64,000 bases of DNA. It comes from Chthoniobacterales bacterium. GTDB lineage: Bacteria > Verrucomicrobiota > Verrucomicrobiia > Chthoniobacterales > Chthoniobacteraceae. Position numbers and translations under genes: made by a program. Below are positions 17,317 to 29,628 of the stretch, in pieces; within the stretch, counting starts at the first letter, position 1, and each line of letters opens with the position of its first letter. The stretch lies in NCBI GenBank assembly GCA_038207335.1, contig JBBQZX010000002.1:224001-288000 (forward strand). The letters run 5' to 3'. The notes beneath the pieces were generated by a model that was not told the DNA's origin, searched no databases, and saw only the letters and a list, made by a program, of their open reading frames with translations.

Positions 17317-18933
17317 ATGCCCGCGACACTCGAGCCGCCGCCGCCAGCGCGTCCCATTTCCGATGCGCTCCTGAACCGGAAACGCTTTCGCTTTCTCGGC
17401 CTCACGCCGAACGCGATGATCAAGTATTTCTTTCAGGGAAATGCCGCCGTCGCGATTCTCGTGCTCGTCCTCATTATGGTCTTCCTGCTGCGCGAGGGGG
17501 TGGGATTTTTCGGGCAAAATCTGGACAACCTCCGAGTCTATCGGCTCGCCGGTTTGGAGTTCGTGGACATGATCAAGCATCAGGTCGAGGAGCACACCGC
17601 GATCACGCGTGAGGTCAATGAACTGCGGCTCAAGCAGTTCAAAGTCTCGCTCGCGCGCGGAAAATCGATCGAGGAAATCAACGCGCAGCTGGAGGCGTTC
17701 GACCGCTTCGGCACGGCGTTTGGTGACTCGGTGGAGGACGTGCGCGGCATTGCGTCCGACCTCACGGAAGTCGCGTCGGCGATCAAGCAGAAGGAGCAAA
17801 TCTACCGCGACCGACTGGAGCAAAAGTCGATGCTGCTGCGCGCCGGAAAACCACAGGAAGCCGAATCCGTCGTTGCGGAGCCGGTAAATTTCGACGCCGA
17901 ACTCGTGCCATTGCGTGCGGTGCTGCCGGCGTATCACGACGCCAATGTTGAGTTCGCAAAAAGGCTCGACGCCTCGCTCACGATGGACGGCGAGAACTCC
18001 CTCGACCCGCGCTTCATCGAGCGGCTGAAAACGCTCAAAGCCCGCGCGAAAAAGTTCGAGACGACGTTCCCTGAAATCGAGACGCGCCTCGCCGCGTGGC
18101 ACAACGACACGCCGATCCCGTGGAGCGAGTCGGTCACCTCGTTTCTCTTCGGACGCGAGTGGCTGAGCGCGAGTTTCTGGCAGGACTTTTACGGCATCAT
18201 CCCGCTCTTCGTTGGCTCGCTCCTCGTCTCCGCCATCGCGCTTGTTATCGCCGTCCCGCTCAGCATTGCCGGGGCCATTTACGTCAGCGAAGTCGCGGGC
18301 GTGCGCGAGCGGCATTTCATCAAACCGGCGATCGAATTCATCGCTGCGATTCCCTCGGTCGTGCTCGGCTTTTTCGGCGTCGCCGTGCTCGGCCAGGCAC
18401 TGCGCGCGGTCTCGGAAACCTCGTGGCTGTCATGGTTCCCGGGCTTTCCGATGAGCGAGCGCTTGAACTCCCTCACCGCCGGATGCCTGCTCGCGCTCAT
18501 GGCAATCCCCACCATTTTCTCCCTCGCCGAGGACGCCCTCACGAACGTCCCACGCCACTTCAAGGAAGCCTCCTACGCGCTCGGTGCCACGCGGCTCCAG
18601 ACCATCGTAAAAATCCTCGTGCCGGCCTCCGTCTCCGGGATCATCTCCGCCATCCTGCTCGGCTTCGGGCGCGTCATCGGCGAGACGATGGTCGTCCTCC
18701 TCTGCGCTGGAAATCGCATCGCCATTCCCGACTTCACGCAGGGCCTCGGCGCGTTCTTCCAGCCGGTCCACACGATGACCGGCATCATCGCGCAGGAGAT
18801 GGGCGAGGTCGTGCAGGGCAGCATCCACTACCGCGCGCTCTTCATGGTCGGCATCATGCTTTTCCTCATCGCGCTGGTGATCAACTTCGTCGCGCAGCGA
18901 ATCGTCCACCGCTACCGCATCTCGATCGGATGA
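17317..18933 (+). CDS. pstC: Phosphate ABC transporter permease PstC with large insertion
   Basis: [29 protein letters not shown]. Confidence 0.93.
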   Translation: MPATLEPPPPARPISDALLNRKRFRFLGLTPNAMIKYFFQGNAAVAILVLVLIMVFLLREGVGFFGQNLDNLRVYRLAGLEFVDMIKHQVEEHTAITREVNELRLKQFKVSLARGKSIEEINAQLEAFDRFGTAFGDSVEDVRGIASDLTEVASAIKQKEQIYRDRLEQKSMLLRAGKPQEAESVVAEPVNFDAELVPLRAVLPAYHDANVEFAKRLDASLTMDGENSLDPRFIERLKTLKARAKKFETTFPEIETRLAAWHNDTPIPWSESVTSFLFGREWLSASFWQDFYGIIPLFVGSLLVSAIALVIAVPLSIAGAIYVSEVAGVRERHFIKPAIEFIAAIPSVVLGFFGVAVLGQALRAVSETSWLSWFPGFPMSERLNSLTAGCLLALMAIPTIFSLAEDALTNVPRHFKEASYALGATRLQTIVKILVPASVSGIISAILLGFGRVIGETMVVLLCAGNRIAIPDFTQGLGAFFQPVHTMTGIIAQEMGEVVQGSIHYRALFMVGIMLFLIALVINFVAQRIVHRYRISIG

Positions 18934-20030
18934 CCGTCAATCCCTTTGCCCATCAGCCTTCCCGGGCGCGTGCCGCGGAAAAGTTCGCGTTCGGATTCTT
19001 CCGTTCATCTACGTATTTCATCCTGCTCTGCGCCGTCGCGATCTTCGGTGTCATCATTTTCAAGGGCGCGGGAACCGTCTTCCAACTCAAGCCGCCATTC
19101 GTGAATTGGACATTCCTGAGCCAGTCGCCGGAGACGCTTTACGTCTTCGAGTTCGAGGGAAAAAAGATGGAACTCGGCGACAGGGAGTTCCGCGCGTTCA
19201 AGGCGGAGCGCGGCCTCGCGGACATCCCGGCGGAAAGCTATGCGCACAGCGCGGGCGGCATCTGGCCGTGCATCACCGGCACTTTCTGGCTCGTCGTCGG
19301 CTCGATGGGCATCGCGCTTTTCATCGGAGTCGGCAGTGCGATTTTCCTCAGCGAATACAGCAGGCACGGCCCGCTCGTGAATGCCATCCGTCTCGCCATC
19401 CTGAATCTCGCGGGCGTTCCCTCCATCGTCTTCGGCCTCTTCGGTCTCGGCTTGTTCGTCCACTTCATGCCCGTTTTCGCGAGCCACGCCGATCCCGCTG
19501 TCATGAGCCTGCCGCTCGGCTTCGGCCATTGGCTGAACTTCTCAGGCTGGGGCGTCTGCCTCGCCTCGGGTTGGTTCACGCTCGCATTCATGGCGCTTCC
19601 GGTCGTCATCACGGCGAGCGAGGAGTCGCTGAAAGCTGTGCCACAGGGCTTTCGCGAGGGATCGCTCGCGCTCGGCGCGACGAAGTGGCAGTCGATCCAC
19701 ACAAACGTCCTGCCGTACGCGCTCCCTGGAATCCTCACCTCCTCCATCCTCGGCATCGCCCGCGTCGCCGGCGAGACCGCGCCCATCATGTTCACCGCCG
19801 CGTACGTCCTGCGCGACAACGCCGCCAACCGCGGCCTCTTCGATTTCATCAGCCAGGGCGTTATGGCGCTGCCGTATCACATTTACGTCGTCAGCTCGAA
19901 GATCCCGCAAAACGAATACACCGAGCGCGTCCAGTACGGCTCGGCGCTCGTCTTTCTCCTCCTCGTCTCCGGCATTGCCCTGTTCGCCATCCTCCTCCGC
20001 ATCCGCATGAGAAATCGCTACCGCTGGTGA
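18930..20030 (+). CDS. pstA: Phosphate ABC transporter permease PstA
   Basis: [38 protein letters not shown] overlap with pstC. Confidence 0.93.
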   Translation: MTVNPFAHQPSRARAAEKFAFGFFRSSTYFILLCAVAIFGVIIFKGAGTVFQLKPPFVNWTFLSQSPETLYVFEFEGKKMELGDREFRAFKAERGLADIPAESYAHSAGGIWPCITGTFWLVVGSMGIALFIGVGSAIFLSEYSRHGPLVNAIRLAILNLAGVPSIVFGLFGLGLFVHFMPVFASHADPAVMSLPLGFGHWLNFSGWGVCLASGWFTLAFMALPVVITASEESLKAVPQGFREGSLALGATKWQSIHTNVLPYALPGILTSSILGIARVAGETAPIMFTAAYVLRDNAANRGLFDFISQGVMALPYHIYVVSSKIPQNEYTERVQYGSALVFLLLVSGIALFAILLRIRMRNRYRW

Positions 20031-20035
20031 CCCCG

Positions 20036-20860
20036 ATGAATGCCATTCTCGAACCTCGCATGGACCCACAACCCACCGCCGCGTCGCCACAGCCCGCGCC
20101 CGACGAGTCGATGATCGACATCGAAAAGCTCAACTTTTTCTACGGTCAGACGCAGGCGCTGCAGGACGTCACGTTGCACGTCCCGGCGCACGGAGTCACC
20201 GCGCTCATCGGCCCCTCCGGCTGCGGAAAATCCACGCTCCTGCGCTGCATCAACCGCATGAACGACCTCATCGACGACACGCGCATCGCCAGCGGTCGCG
20301 TGAAAATCCATGGCATCGACATCCACGCACCGGAGGTCGATGTCATCGCGCTCCGCAGGCAGGTCGGCATGGTCTTTCAAAAGTCGAATCCCTTCCCGAA
20401 ATCGATCTACGACAACATCGCGTATGGCCTGCAAATCCAAGGCATCCGCGACCGCCGCCGCCTCGAAGAGACGGTGGAGAAAAGCCTCCGCAGCGCGGCC
20501 ATCTGGGACGAGGTGAAAGACCGCCTGCACACCAGCGCGCTCGGACTTTCCGGCGGCCAGCAGCAGCGCCTCTGCATCGCGCGCGCCATCGCCGTCGAGC
20601 CCAGCATCATCCTCATGGACGAGCCGTGCTCCGCTCTCGACCCGGTCGCCACGTCGAAGATCGAGGACCTCATCCAGATGCTCAAAAAGAAGTACACGAT
20701 CGTGATCGTGACCCACAACATGCAGCAGGCCGGGCGCTGCTCGGATTCCACCGCATTCTTCTACCTCGGACGCCTCGTCGAGTTTGGAAAGACCGAGAAG
20801 ATTTTCACCAACCCGGTGCAAAAACAGACCGAGGATTACATCACAGGCCGCTTCGGCTGA
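20036..20860 (+). CDS. pstB: Phosphate ABC transporter ATP-binding protein
   Basis: [45 protein letters not shown]. Confidence 0.96.
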   Translation: MNAILEPRMDPQPTAASPQPAPDESMIDIEKLNFFYGQTQALQDVTLHVPAHGVTALIGPSGCGKSTLLRCINRMNDLIDDTRIASGRVKIHGIDIHAPEVDVIALRRQVGMVFQKSNPFPKSIYDNIAYGLQIQGIRDRRRLEETVEKSLRSAAIWDEVKDRLHTSALGLSGGQQQRLCIARAIAVEPSIILMDEPCSALDPVATSKIEDLIQMLKKKYTIVIVTHNMQQAGRCSDSTAFFYLGRLVEFGKTEKIFTNPVQKQTEDYITGRFG

Positions 20861-20865
20861 CGCAT

Positions 20866-21537
20866 ATGAACCACTTCTGGGAACAACAACTCACCGACAT
20901 CCGCGAGCAGCTCCTCATGATGAGTGGGCTCACCGAGCGCAGCCTCACGGTCGCCCTGCGCGGCCTCGTCGAGCGCGACGACAAACTCTGCGACGCCGTC
21001 GAGACCGACGACAGCGAGATCGACCGGCTAGAGATCCACATCGACAATCTCGTCATCACCTACATGGCCACGCACGGCCCTGTGGCAAAGGATTGCCGCT
21101 TCATGCTGGCCGCCTCGAAAATCTCCAGCAACCTCGAGCGCATCGCCGACCAGAGCGTGAAAATCGCGCGCCGCTCCCGAGAGCTGAACCGCGAGCCGTT
21201 GCTGAAGCCGCTCATCGACATCCCGCTCATGGCCGAGATCGGGCAGGAGATGCTGCGCGACAGCATCACCGCCTACATCGAGGGGCAGCCCGACCTCGCG
21301 GTCGAAATCATCGCGCGCGACGCGAGCGTGAACGACATCTACAAGCAGCTCGCCCGCGAGCTGACGACCTACATGATCGAGGACCCGAAGACGATCACCC
21401 GCGCCCTCAGCCTGCTCACCATCGCGAAAGCGCTCGAGCGAGTCGCCGATCACGCCACGAACATCGCGGAGGAGGTCTTCTATTTGTATAAAGGCGAGGA
21501 CATTCGCCACGACCGGACGCTGAAGCCGACGATTTGA
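20866..21537 (+). CDS. phoU: Phosphate signalling complex protein PhoU
   Basis: LERIAD and LERVADHATNIAE repeats. Confidence 0.95.
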   Translation: MNHFWEQQLTDIREQLLMMSGLTERSLTVALRGLVERDDKLCDAVETDDSEIDRLEIHIDNLVITYMATHGPVAKDCRFMLAASKISSNLERIADQSVKIARRSRELNREPLLKPLIDIPLMAEIGQEMLRDSITAYIEGQPDLAVEIIARDASVNDIYKQLARELTTYMIEDPKTITRALSLLTIAKALERVADHATNIAEEVFYLYKGEDIRHDRTLKPTI

Positions 21538-21866
21538 CGCGGCGGCGAGGGGGAGGGTTCCAGCCCAGAGGCGATTGGAAGAAACGCGGGTGCGGCGTTA
21601 CCGGGGAAGGCTCACAGGGGCAATCGCCAGCGAGGAATTTGACGTGTGAAGGTTCACAGGATTCCCAGCGCGGAAATGGCATTCTGTGGATTCCTACACA
21701 CATTCGGGAGCTACAAATGGGCGAAATGAGACTGTTTTGGCAGAATCCTCAACTTCCCATTGCGAGAGGCACGAGGGCGCGATTTTCACCCGGACGCTGG
21801 GGTCGCGAAGGGTCTGGGCCGTTTCTGCCAATCGCCTCTGGCAATGCGTCTCCCGCCGCCCGCGTC
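21536..21866. repeat. Non-coding element bounded by long imperfect inverted repeats
   Basis: CCAGAGGCGATTGGAAGAAACG (21565-21586) matches the reverse complement of 21820-21841 at 21/22; outer GACGC(G)GGCGGCG match. Confidence 0.6.
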
Positions 21867-21920
21867 CCGACTCCACGCCGGATGCCTCTCCCCTGCTCTG
21901 CAAGCGGTGCCCGCCGGGCT

Positions 21921-22118
21921 TTAACGCGACCGGTTGGGCTTTTGCTCGAGGGGGTTGCCGCGGTTTTTCCACATCCAGTCACCGGGCTTGGGGGTGGGTG
22001 TGGCAAGCGTGGCTGGCTGGGGTCGCGGGGTGGGCTCGGGCTCGGGGGTGGGCTCGATGGGCGGGCTGCAACTCGCGAGGGAGGCGAGGGTGAGAAGAAG
22101 GAGGAGCACCCGTTTCAT
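21921..22118 (-). CDS. Small Pro-rich lipoprotein
   Basis: MKRVLLLLLTLASLASC lipobox, PEPEPTP linker, GDWMWK. Confidence 0.7.
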   Translation of the reverse strand: MKRVLLLLLTLASLASCSPPIEPTPEPEPTPRPQPATLATPTPKPGDWMWKNRGNPLEQKPNRSR

Positions 22119-22144
22119 AGGGTGTGGGTGTAGGAGGGGTGGGT

Positions 22145-24460
22145 TCATTGTAGAAGCTCAAAGTAGCAGGGTGTGAGCGGAGGGATGGATTCGAGGGGGA
22201 TGCCGCCCGCAAGGTCGGGGATGGCGATTTGGAATGCCTCGGGGCTGAGGCGCTCGTGGAGTGTGACTTTCGCCCCGGAGATGTCGAGGAACTGGAGGGC
22301 ATCGGGCGGGAGGTGAATATGGACGCCGCGGAGGGTCTCGGTGCGGTGAAAATTGGCGACGACGAGGAATGCCTGGCCGGTGGCGGTGTCGCGCCGGAGG
22401 TATGCGTAGAGCCAGTGGCCGCTGGCGGTCTCGGACTCGAGGCGGCCGAAGCGGGGGTTCCAGACGTTGGCTGGGTTGAGGGGGAAGAAGCCGCCGCTTT
22501 CAAAAGCGGGCTCGCCGCAGAGGCGGATGAGGCGCGCGTAGAAGGCGCGGAGGTCGCGCTGCTCGGGGCTGAGGCGGGCGCCGTCGTAAGCGTGGCCGTT
22601 GACCCATTTCGCGAGCTCGGGGAGGCACCAGTAGTCGAAGATGGTGGTGCGGCCGTCGTCGCCGCAGAAGCCTTCGGAGTCGGTGGCGGGTTCGCCAATT
22701 TCCTGGCCGCTGTAGAGCATGATGGGACCGCGTGAGAGGCCGTAGAGGACTCCGGCGACGGGGCGCCCGACGGCCATGCCGATGCCGGCCCAGTGGCGGG
22801 GAGAGGCGAGGCGGACTTCGTCGTGGTTTTCGCAGTGGCGGAGGGAGTTCTGGAAGATGAATTCGGGGCCGTGCGCGGTGTCGAGGTCATTGGCCCAGCC
22901 GGAGCCGTCGTAGAGGGATTTGAGTTTCTTGTAGGCCGGGTCGTCGTAAGTGGCGTCAAAGCCGGCGTTGAGCAGGTTGAACATGATGTGGCCGCGGCCT
23001 TCGTCGAGCGGGGCGAGGAGCGGATCGGCCGTGGGGATTTTCATCGGGTCGGCGTCGTAGGCCTCGGCGATGAAAAGGACATCCGACCTGCGGGCGCGGG
23101 CGCGGCCGAGCGCCCAGGCCCAGAATTCCGCGGGGATCATGTGGCCCATGTCGCAGCGAAAGCCATCGACGCCGATGTCCTGCCAGTGGGCGAGGACGCG
23201 GTCCATTTTAAGCCACGTATCGGGAATGGGGATGTCGGGCTCGCTCCCGTGCGGATAGGCGCGCTCGCGGGACTGGAAGTCGTAGCCGTAGTTGAGCTTC
23301 ACGGTCTCGTACCAGTCGTAGATGGCGGGGGTGGGGCTCGCGACGTCGTTGCCGGTGACGCGCGCGTGCTCGGCCTCGCCGTCGTAGCGACCGTCGCAGG
23401 TGCCGAGGATCTGGCAGGTGGGGCTGATGGCGATGCCGTCCTTCCATGTGGGGAGCTGGAGCGGACGGCCGTGGAGGTGGAAGAAGTTGTTGGCGGGGCT
23501 GAAGAATTTCGACGGGTCGTCGGTGGCACCGAAGCTGTGGTCGGGGGCGATGGTGGAGTCGTAGCTGCGAGCAACGTGGTTCGGGACGAAGTCGATGATG
23601 ACGTGCATTCCGTGGTCGCGGATGCGGGTGACGAGGGCGCGGAATTCGGCGAGACGCTGAGCGGGATCGACGGCGTAGTCGGGGCAGACGTCGAAGGCGT
23701 CCTTGATGGCGTAGGGGCTGCCGGCGAGGCCCTTGAGAAGATCGGGGTCGTCGGCAGGCAGGCCGATGGCGGAGTAGTCCGTGGCCGTGGCCTGCCGGAC
23801 GACGCCGGTGAGCCAGACATGCGTGAAGCCCATGTCGCGGATGGAAACGAGAGCGGCGGCGTTGATGTCGTTGAATTTGCCGACGCCGTTTTCGGCGAGC
23901 GTGCCGTTGGGTTTGCGGGTCTCGTTGATATTCCCAAAAAGGCGCGGGAGGAGCTGGTAGATGCGGATGCGCCCGCCGAGGCGGGAGCGGGTGGCGACGG
24001 TGTTGCGGTCGAAGGATTTGTAGAGCGGGATGACTTGGTCGCCGACGCCGCCGGGGACGCTCATTGCGGCGTCGGGCAGGAGGCGGCCCCAGCCGTCATT
24101 TTCGCGCATGTCTTTTGCGTAAACGACAACGCGCGGGGCGAGGCAGTCGCCGAGTTCGGAGTCGTGGATCACGAATTTTGCGACGCCGGATTTAAGCGTG
24201 ACGCGCACGCTGCCGCCCGCGTCGCGAGTTTCGCCCCACATCGTTTTTTCCCAACGCCGCACCCGCAACCCGAGACCCGAAGCGCCCATCCGCGCGATGA
24301 AAATTGCGTTGGCGCAGAATGGCAGGAAGACGGTCGAGCCTTCCGCTCCGCGACCAAACGGCACGACGGCCGCGCCCGCGAGCGGGTCGATCTGGAGGGC
24401 GAGAAAAATCGCGTGGCCCGGCTCGTCGATGCCCGGTGAAGAAAGTTCGATTTCGATCAT
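22145..24460 (-). CDS. Alpha-amylase family glycoside hydrolase (GH13) with N-terminal extension
   Basis: IYQLLPRLFGN, GSPYAIKD, IDFVPNH, GFRCDM, AEAY, ENHDE. Confidence 0.9.
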   Translation of the reverse strand: MIEIELSSPGIDEPGHAIFLALQIDPLAGAAVVPFGRGAEGSTVFLPFCANAIFIARMGASGLGLRVRRWEKTMWGETRDAGGSVRVTLKSGVAKFVIHDSELGDCLAPRVVVYAKDMRENDGWGRLLPDAAMSVPGGVGDQVIPLYKSFDRNTVATRSRLGGRIRIYQLLPRLFGNINETRKPNGTLAENGVGKFNDINAAALVSIRDMGFTHVWLTGVVRQATATDYSAIGLPADDPDLLKGLAGSPYAIKDAFDVCPDYAVDPAQRLAEFRALVTRIRDHGMHVIIDFVPNHVARSYDSTIAPDHSFGATDDPSKFFSPANNFFHLHGRPLQLPTWKDGIAISPTCQILGTCDGRYDGEAEHARVTGNDVASPTPAIYDWYETVKLNYGYDFQSRERAYPHGSEPDIPIPDTWLKMDRVLAHWQDIGVDGFRCDMGHMIPAEFWAWALGRARARRSDVLFIAEAYDADPMKIPTADPLLAPLDEGRGHIMFNLLNAGFDATYDDPAYKKLKSLYDGSGWANDLDTAHGPEFIFQNSLRHCENHDEVRLASPRHWAGIGMAVGRPVAGVLYGLSRGPIMLYSGQEIGEPATDSEGFCGDDGRTTIFDYWCLPELAKWVNGHAYDGARLSPEQRDLRAFYARLIRLCGEPAFESGGFFPLNPANVWNPRFGRLESETASGHWLYAYLRRDTATGQAFLVVANFHRTETLRGVHIHLPPDALQFLDISGAKVTLHERLSPEAFQIAIPDLAGGIPLESIPPLTPCYFELLQ

Positions 24461-24542
24461 GGCGCGCGCCTACGAAAGAGCAGGCCGGTGCGAGTCGCGA
24501 TGAAAATTGCGCGCACCTTCCCATCCCGCTTCACTGCCGCAA

Positions 24543-25226
24543 GTGAGCGAACTCCTCTCCATCGGCCACCGCGGCGCACGCGGGCATGAGCCGGAAAACA
24601 CGTTGCGCTCAATCCGCCGCGCGCTGGAACTCGGCGCGGATGGCGTGGAGATCGACGTGTGGCTCGCGGATGGCGAACTCGTGGTGATCCACGACGCAAA
24701 ACTCGATCGCACGACGAATGGCCACGGATACCTTTCCCGCAAAACATTCGCGCAACTCCGCGCGCTCGATGCGGGCGGCGGCGAGCGAATCCCGACGCTG
24801 CGCGAGGTTTTCGAAACAGTGGATCGGCGCGCGTTCATCAACATCGAACTGAAAGGCCGACGTACCGCCGCGCCTGTGGCAGCCTTGATCCGCGAGTATC
24901 TCGAGCAGCGCGAATGGACACCGGATCGGTTTCTCGTCTCGTCGTTTCACCGTCGCGAACTCAAGCAAATCAACGACCCGCGCATCCGCATCGGAATGCT
25001 CTGCGCGCGGCCCACGCCGCTCTATCACTTGTCCGCGCGACGGCTCGGCGCGTGGTCGATCCATCCCGCGCTGCGGCACACGACGCGGCGCTTCGTGGAA
25101 GATGCGCACCGCCGCGGGTTCCGCATTTTTCCCTACACGGTGAACGAGCCCGCCGACATCGCGCGCATGGCGGCGCTCGGCGTGGACGGCGTCTTCACCG
25201 ATTTCCCCGAGCGCGTGCGTGCCTGA
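24543..25226 (+). CDS. Glycerophosphodiester phosphodiesterase
   Basis: GHRGA..EPENT, EIDV, HDAKLDRTT, IELK, TVN, TDFP; GTG start assumed. Confidence 0.9.
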   Translation: MSELLSIGHRGARGHEPENTLRSIRRALELGADGVEIDVWLADGELVVIHDAKLDRTTNGHGYLSRKTFAQLRALDAGGGERIPTLREVFETVDRRAFINIELKGRRTAAPVAALIREYLEQREWTPDRFLVSSFHRRELKQINDPRIRIGMLCARPTPLYHLSARRLGAWSIHPALRHTTRRFVEDAHRRGFRIFPYTVNEPADIARMAALGVDGVFTDFPERVRA

Positions 25227-25270
25227 ATCCGCGCGTTGCGCGCCGCATCCACAACCGCTCTCCTCGCGTC

Positions 25271-26248
25271 ATGAGCCCCTCGCTTTTCCGCCTCGCTGCA
25301 CTGCTCCTTGCCGCCGCGCTTTTTCTCGTGAACCCCGCGCGCGCATGGGACGACGGCGGCCATCTTCTCATCGCGCGCATCGCATACGACCGCCTCTCGC
25401 CCGCGAAGCAGGCGAAGCTCGTTGCCGCGCTCGACGGCCTCACGTTCGGCCCAAACTCCTACGCCGATTCAATCCGCGCGGCGATCTACATGGACAAACT
25501 CCGCGACGGCACGCGCAGCTTCCGCCCGCCGTATCCGGGCGCGTTTGGGACATGGCACTTCATCCAGATCCCGTTCGAAAGTGACGGTGTCTTGCTGCGA
25601 CGCGGCGAGCCCGATGTGGATGGCGTGGCCGATGTCACGCGCGGGTGGCGCTGGTGCCGCAGCGTCGTGCTCGGCGGCGTTCCGGTGCGCGAAAATTATC
25701 TCGGTCGCACATTCACCATCGGCCCGCGCGAAGCTCTCGCCATGCTCATGCACCTCACCGGCGATGCGCATCAACCGCTGCACGCGACCTCGCACGAAGC
25801 GACCGGGCTCGCGGACGACCGTGGCGGCAATAGCTTGGAAGTCCTGAACCTCCGTCCGCGCGGAAATCTCCACCATTTCTGGGACAGCGCGTATCGCCAG
25901 ATGCCCGTCGCGCAACCCGACGGCACCACACTTGTCCGCGAAGACAAAGCGCGCATCGTCGCACGCGACTCCACACTCGCAAGCCAACCGCTCGCCGAAC
26001 TCGCGCGCGCATTCACCGCCGAGGCACACACCACCGCTGCCGCGCGTCGCGTGCGGACGCCCGAGAGTTGGGTGAAAGAGAGTCACCAAATCGGCGTCGC
26101 GGTCGGCTACGAAGCGCTCGGCTCGCAGCTCGGAAAAGCAGAGGTCACGCTGAGCGCCCGATACGTCACCGACGCCTCCGCAGCCGCTCGCGCACGCATC
26201 GTTTTAGCCGGCGAACGCCTCGCGGTGCTTCTCGATTCTTTGCTCTGA
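25271..26248 (+). CDS. S1/P1 family nuclease, secreted
   Basis: Signal peptide ending ARA then WDDGGH; WHF, HLTGDAHQPLH, DRGGN, LHHFWD. Confidence 0.9.
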   Translation: MSPSLFRLAALLLAAALFLVNPARAWDDGGHLLIARIAYDRLSPAKQAKLVAALDGLTFGPNSYADSIRAAIYMDKLRDGTRSFRPPYPGAFGTWHFIQIPFESDGVLLRRGEPDVDGVADVTRGWRWCRSVVLGGVPVRENYLGRTFTIGPREALAMLMHLTGDAHQPLHATSHEATGLADDRGGNSLEVLNLRPRGNLHHFWDSAYRQMPVAQPDGTTLVREDKARIVARDSTLASQPLAELARAFTAEAHTTAAARRVRTPESWVKESHQIGVAVGYEALGSQLGKAEVTLSARYVTDASAAARARIVLAGERLAVLLDSLL

Positions 26249-26319
26249 GTCAACGCCTGAACATTCCTCTTTCAATGTCTCACTTCTGAAATACTCTCAG
26301 TTCCGCGAAATCCTCTCTT

Positions 26320-27699
<1,380 letters not shown>

Positions 27700-27755
27700 C
27701 CGACGGCGTTTGACGAGCGACGATTTGCCGCGAGCCGCGGTGGGAGTTCGCAGCG

Positions 27756-29060
27756 CTACGAAAGACTCAGCGCGCCGCCTTCGCACAGGCTGGCTTTTCC
27801 AAAAGCCTGCAAGTCGTGTCCCATCGACTGCGCGACGGCCATCCACAGCCGGTTATGCGCGGCTTTTTCAAAGTTCAGGCTGCGTCCCATTTTAAACCCC
27901 GCGCCGCCGCCGATCATGATGCACGGGATATTGTCGAGCGTGTGCGAGTTGCCTTTGCCGAGCTCGTTCGTCCAAACCAGCAGCGTGTTGTCGAGCATCG
28001 AGCCCTCGCCCATCGGCTCCGGCGTGTCGGAGAGCCGTTTCGCGAGATACGCAAATTCCCCCGCGAACCACGTATTGATCTTCTTCAGTTTCTCGTAAGC
28101 CGACGTGTTGCTGTCCGGCTCGTGAGAGAGCGAGTGGTGACCTTCCTCGATCCCGAGCCAGCGCATCTGCGCCTGCCCGACCGAGCGCATGTATTGCAGC
28201 GTCGCGATGCGCGTCATGTCGTTCGCGAGCGAATTCACGAGCAGGTCGATCTGCATCCGGCTGATCTGCGGCGTGTTGTCATTCACCAACTCCACGCTCG
28301 GGTCGAACTCCGGCATCGGATGCGCCAGCTTTTTATCCGCCTCCGTGCTCGTCAGCTCCTGCTCCAGATTCCGCACAAGCGTCACATGCTGGTCGAGCAG
28401 CGCCTTGTCCCGCGCGCTGAGTTTCGACGACACGCGCGTGAGATCCTCGCGCACGTCATCCAGCACGCTCACGAGACTGTCGCGATCCTTCATGCGCCCG
28501 TAGAGCTTTCCAAACATCTGGTACGGATCGTCGATCGGCGCGACCGGCTGATTCGCCCCCGCGTAGCTCATCCGCGTCCACGGGTCCGCGCGATCCGGCA
28601 CCGCCACTCCGAACTCCAGCGAGCCAAACCGCGTCCGTGTCTCCTCCCGGCTTTGCAGGAAATTCTTGATCTCCTGGTCGATCGAAATCCCGCCCGCCCA
28701 GCCCGCCGGGCTCCCGCCGCCGCCGCGGATATTTCCGGGTAAAAGCTCACTGCCGGTGAGCAGGCAGCTCATCCCGCGCATGTGATTGTCCCCGTCGCCG
28801 CCGACCCGGTTCGCGATCCCGTGCAGCACGAGCGTCTGCGCTTTGAACGGCTCCAGCGGCGCGAGGATCGACTTGAAATCCAGCTCCCCGCCCGCCGGCC
28901 AAAACTCATTCGGCAGCGTCCCATTCGGTGAAAACATGATCACCAGCCGCTGCCGCCGCGCCGGCGTCTCCGCCCCGCGCAGACTCGGCAACCCCGCAAG
29001 AAAAGGCATCGCAGCAGCGGAAACACCGAGCTGACGGAGAAATTGGCGGCGTGTGTGCAT
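27756..29060 (-). CDS. DUF1552 (HXXSHH) protein
   Basis: Tat-like [35 protein letters not shown]. Confidence 0.88.
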   Translation of the reverse strand: MHTRRQFLRQLGVSAAAMPFLAGLPSLRGAETPARRQRLVIMFSPNGTLPNEFWPAGGELDFKSILAPLEPFKAQTLVLHGIANRVGGDGDNHMRGMSCLLTGSELLPGNIRGGGGSPAGWAGGISIDQEIKNFLQSREETRTRFGSLEFGVAVPDRADPWTRMSYAGANQPVAPIDDPYQMFGKLYGRMKDRDSLVSVLDDVREDLTRVSSKLSARDKALLDQHVTLVRNLEQELTSTEADKKLAHPMPEFDPSVELVNDNTPQISRMQIDLLVNSLANDMTRIATLQYMRSVGQAQMRWLGIEEGHHSLSHEPDSNTSAYEKLKKINTWFAGEFAYLAKRLSDTPEPMGEGSMLDNTLLVWTNELGKGNSHTLDNIPCIMIGGGAGFKMGRSLNFEKAAHNRLWMAVAQSMGHDLQAFGKASLCEGGALSLS

Positions 29061-29107
29061 TTTGTGAAAAGTCGGACTCACTCAACAAACCCACAATCTC
29101 CCCGAGT

Positions 29108-29452
29108 CATAGGCGAAAGTCGCAGTGGGGACAGACTCTAGCGTCAAATGACATCCAATGTGTTGAACTCGATCTCTCGCGCTACCTGCTTCTCACTCTC
29201 GGCTTGAACTGTAGCAGATTTAGCAACAGTTGCCTTCCGGCGCTGTCGGCCGGCCTGTTCGTGCTGGAAGTGAGCCGATTGTCCTGTTGCACAAAGTCGC
29301 CATCTGATTCAGAGGAAACCAACCATCTCCGCACCCATTCGGACTCTCGAGCGCGTCCGACCATCCTCGGTCCATCGGAACGAGGCAGTGGAACATCCCT
29401 GATTGACTCTTTATTGTCCGACTTGATCCGTTGAAGTTTCGCAACAGTTACG
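29108..29452 (-). pseudogene. Decayed RhuM-family gene
   Basis: Frameshifted pieces TEDGRTR / W..LNQMA / ATVAKSATVQAESEKQVAREIEFNTLDVI* resemble the RhuM N-terminal region. Confidence 0.7.
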
Positions 29453-29628
29453 CGCCAAAGCGCTCCACCAGAACCGCATCGCCGTGCCAATTCCGCTCCA
29501 CAGCCGGTTGCCTTGGCTCAATAGGCAGCCTGAGTTCCACCGCCCCCCCGCTCCCAACTCATTCAAATCAACGTCTTTAAAGATGGATATATTGAGAGCC
29601 ATGGCGTTTTCCACAATGCCGCGCTGGC

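Noticed and set aside
21534..22133. 199-aa ORF following phoU
   Set aside because: No motifs, atypical composition, and it overlaps the lipoprotein gene on the opposite strand
24461..24543. PHO boxes upstream of the GDPD/nuclease pair and the AP-family gene
   Set aside because: No phased GTCAC repeats seen
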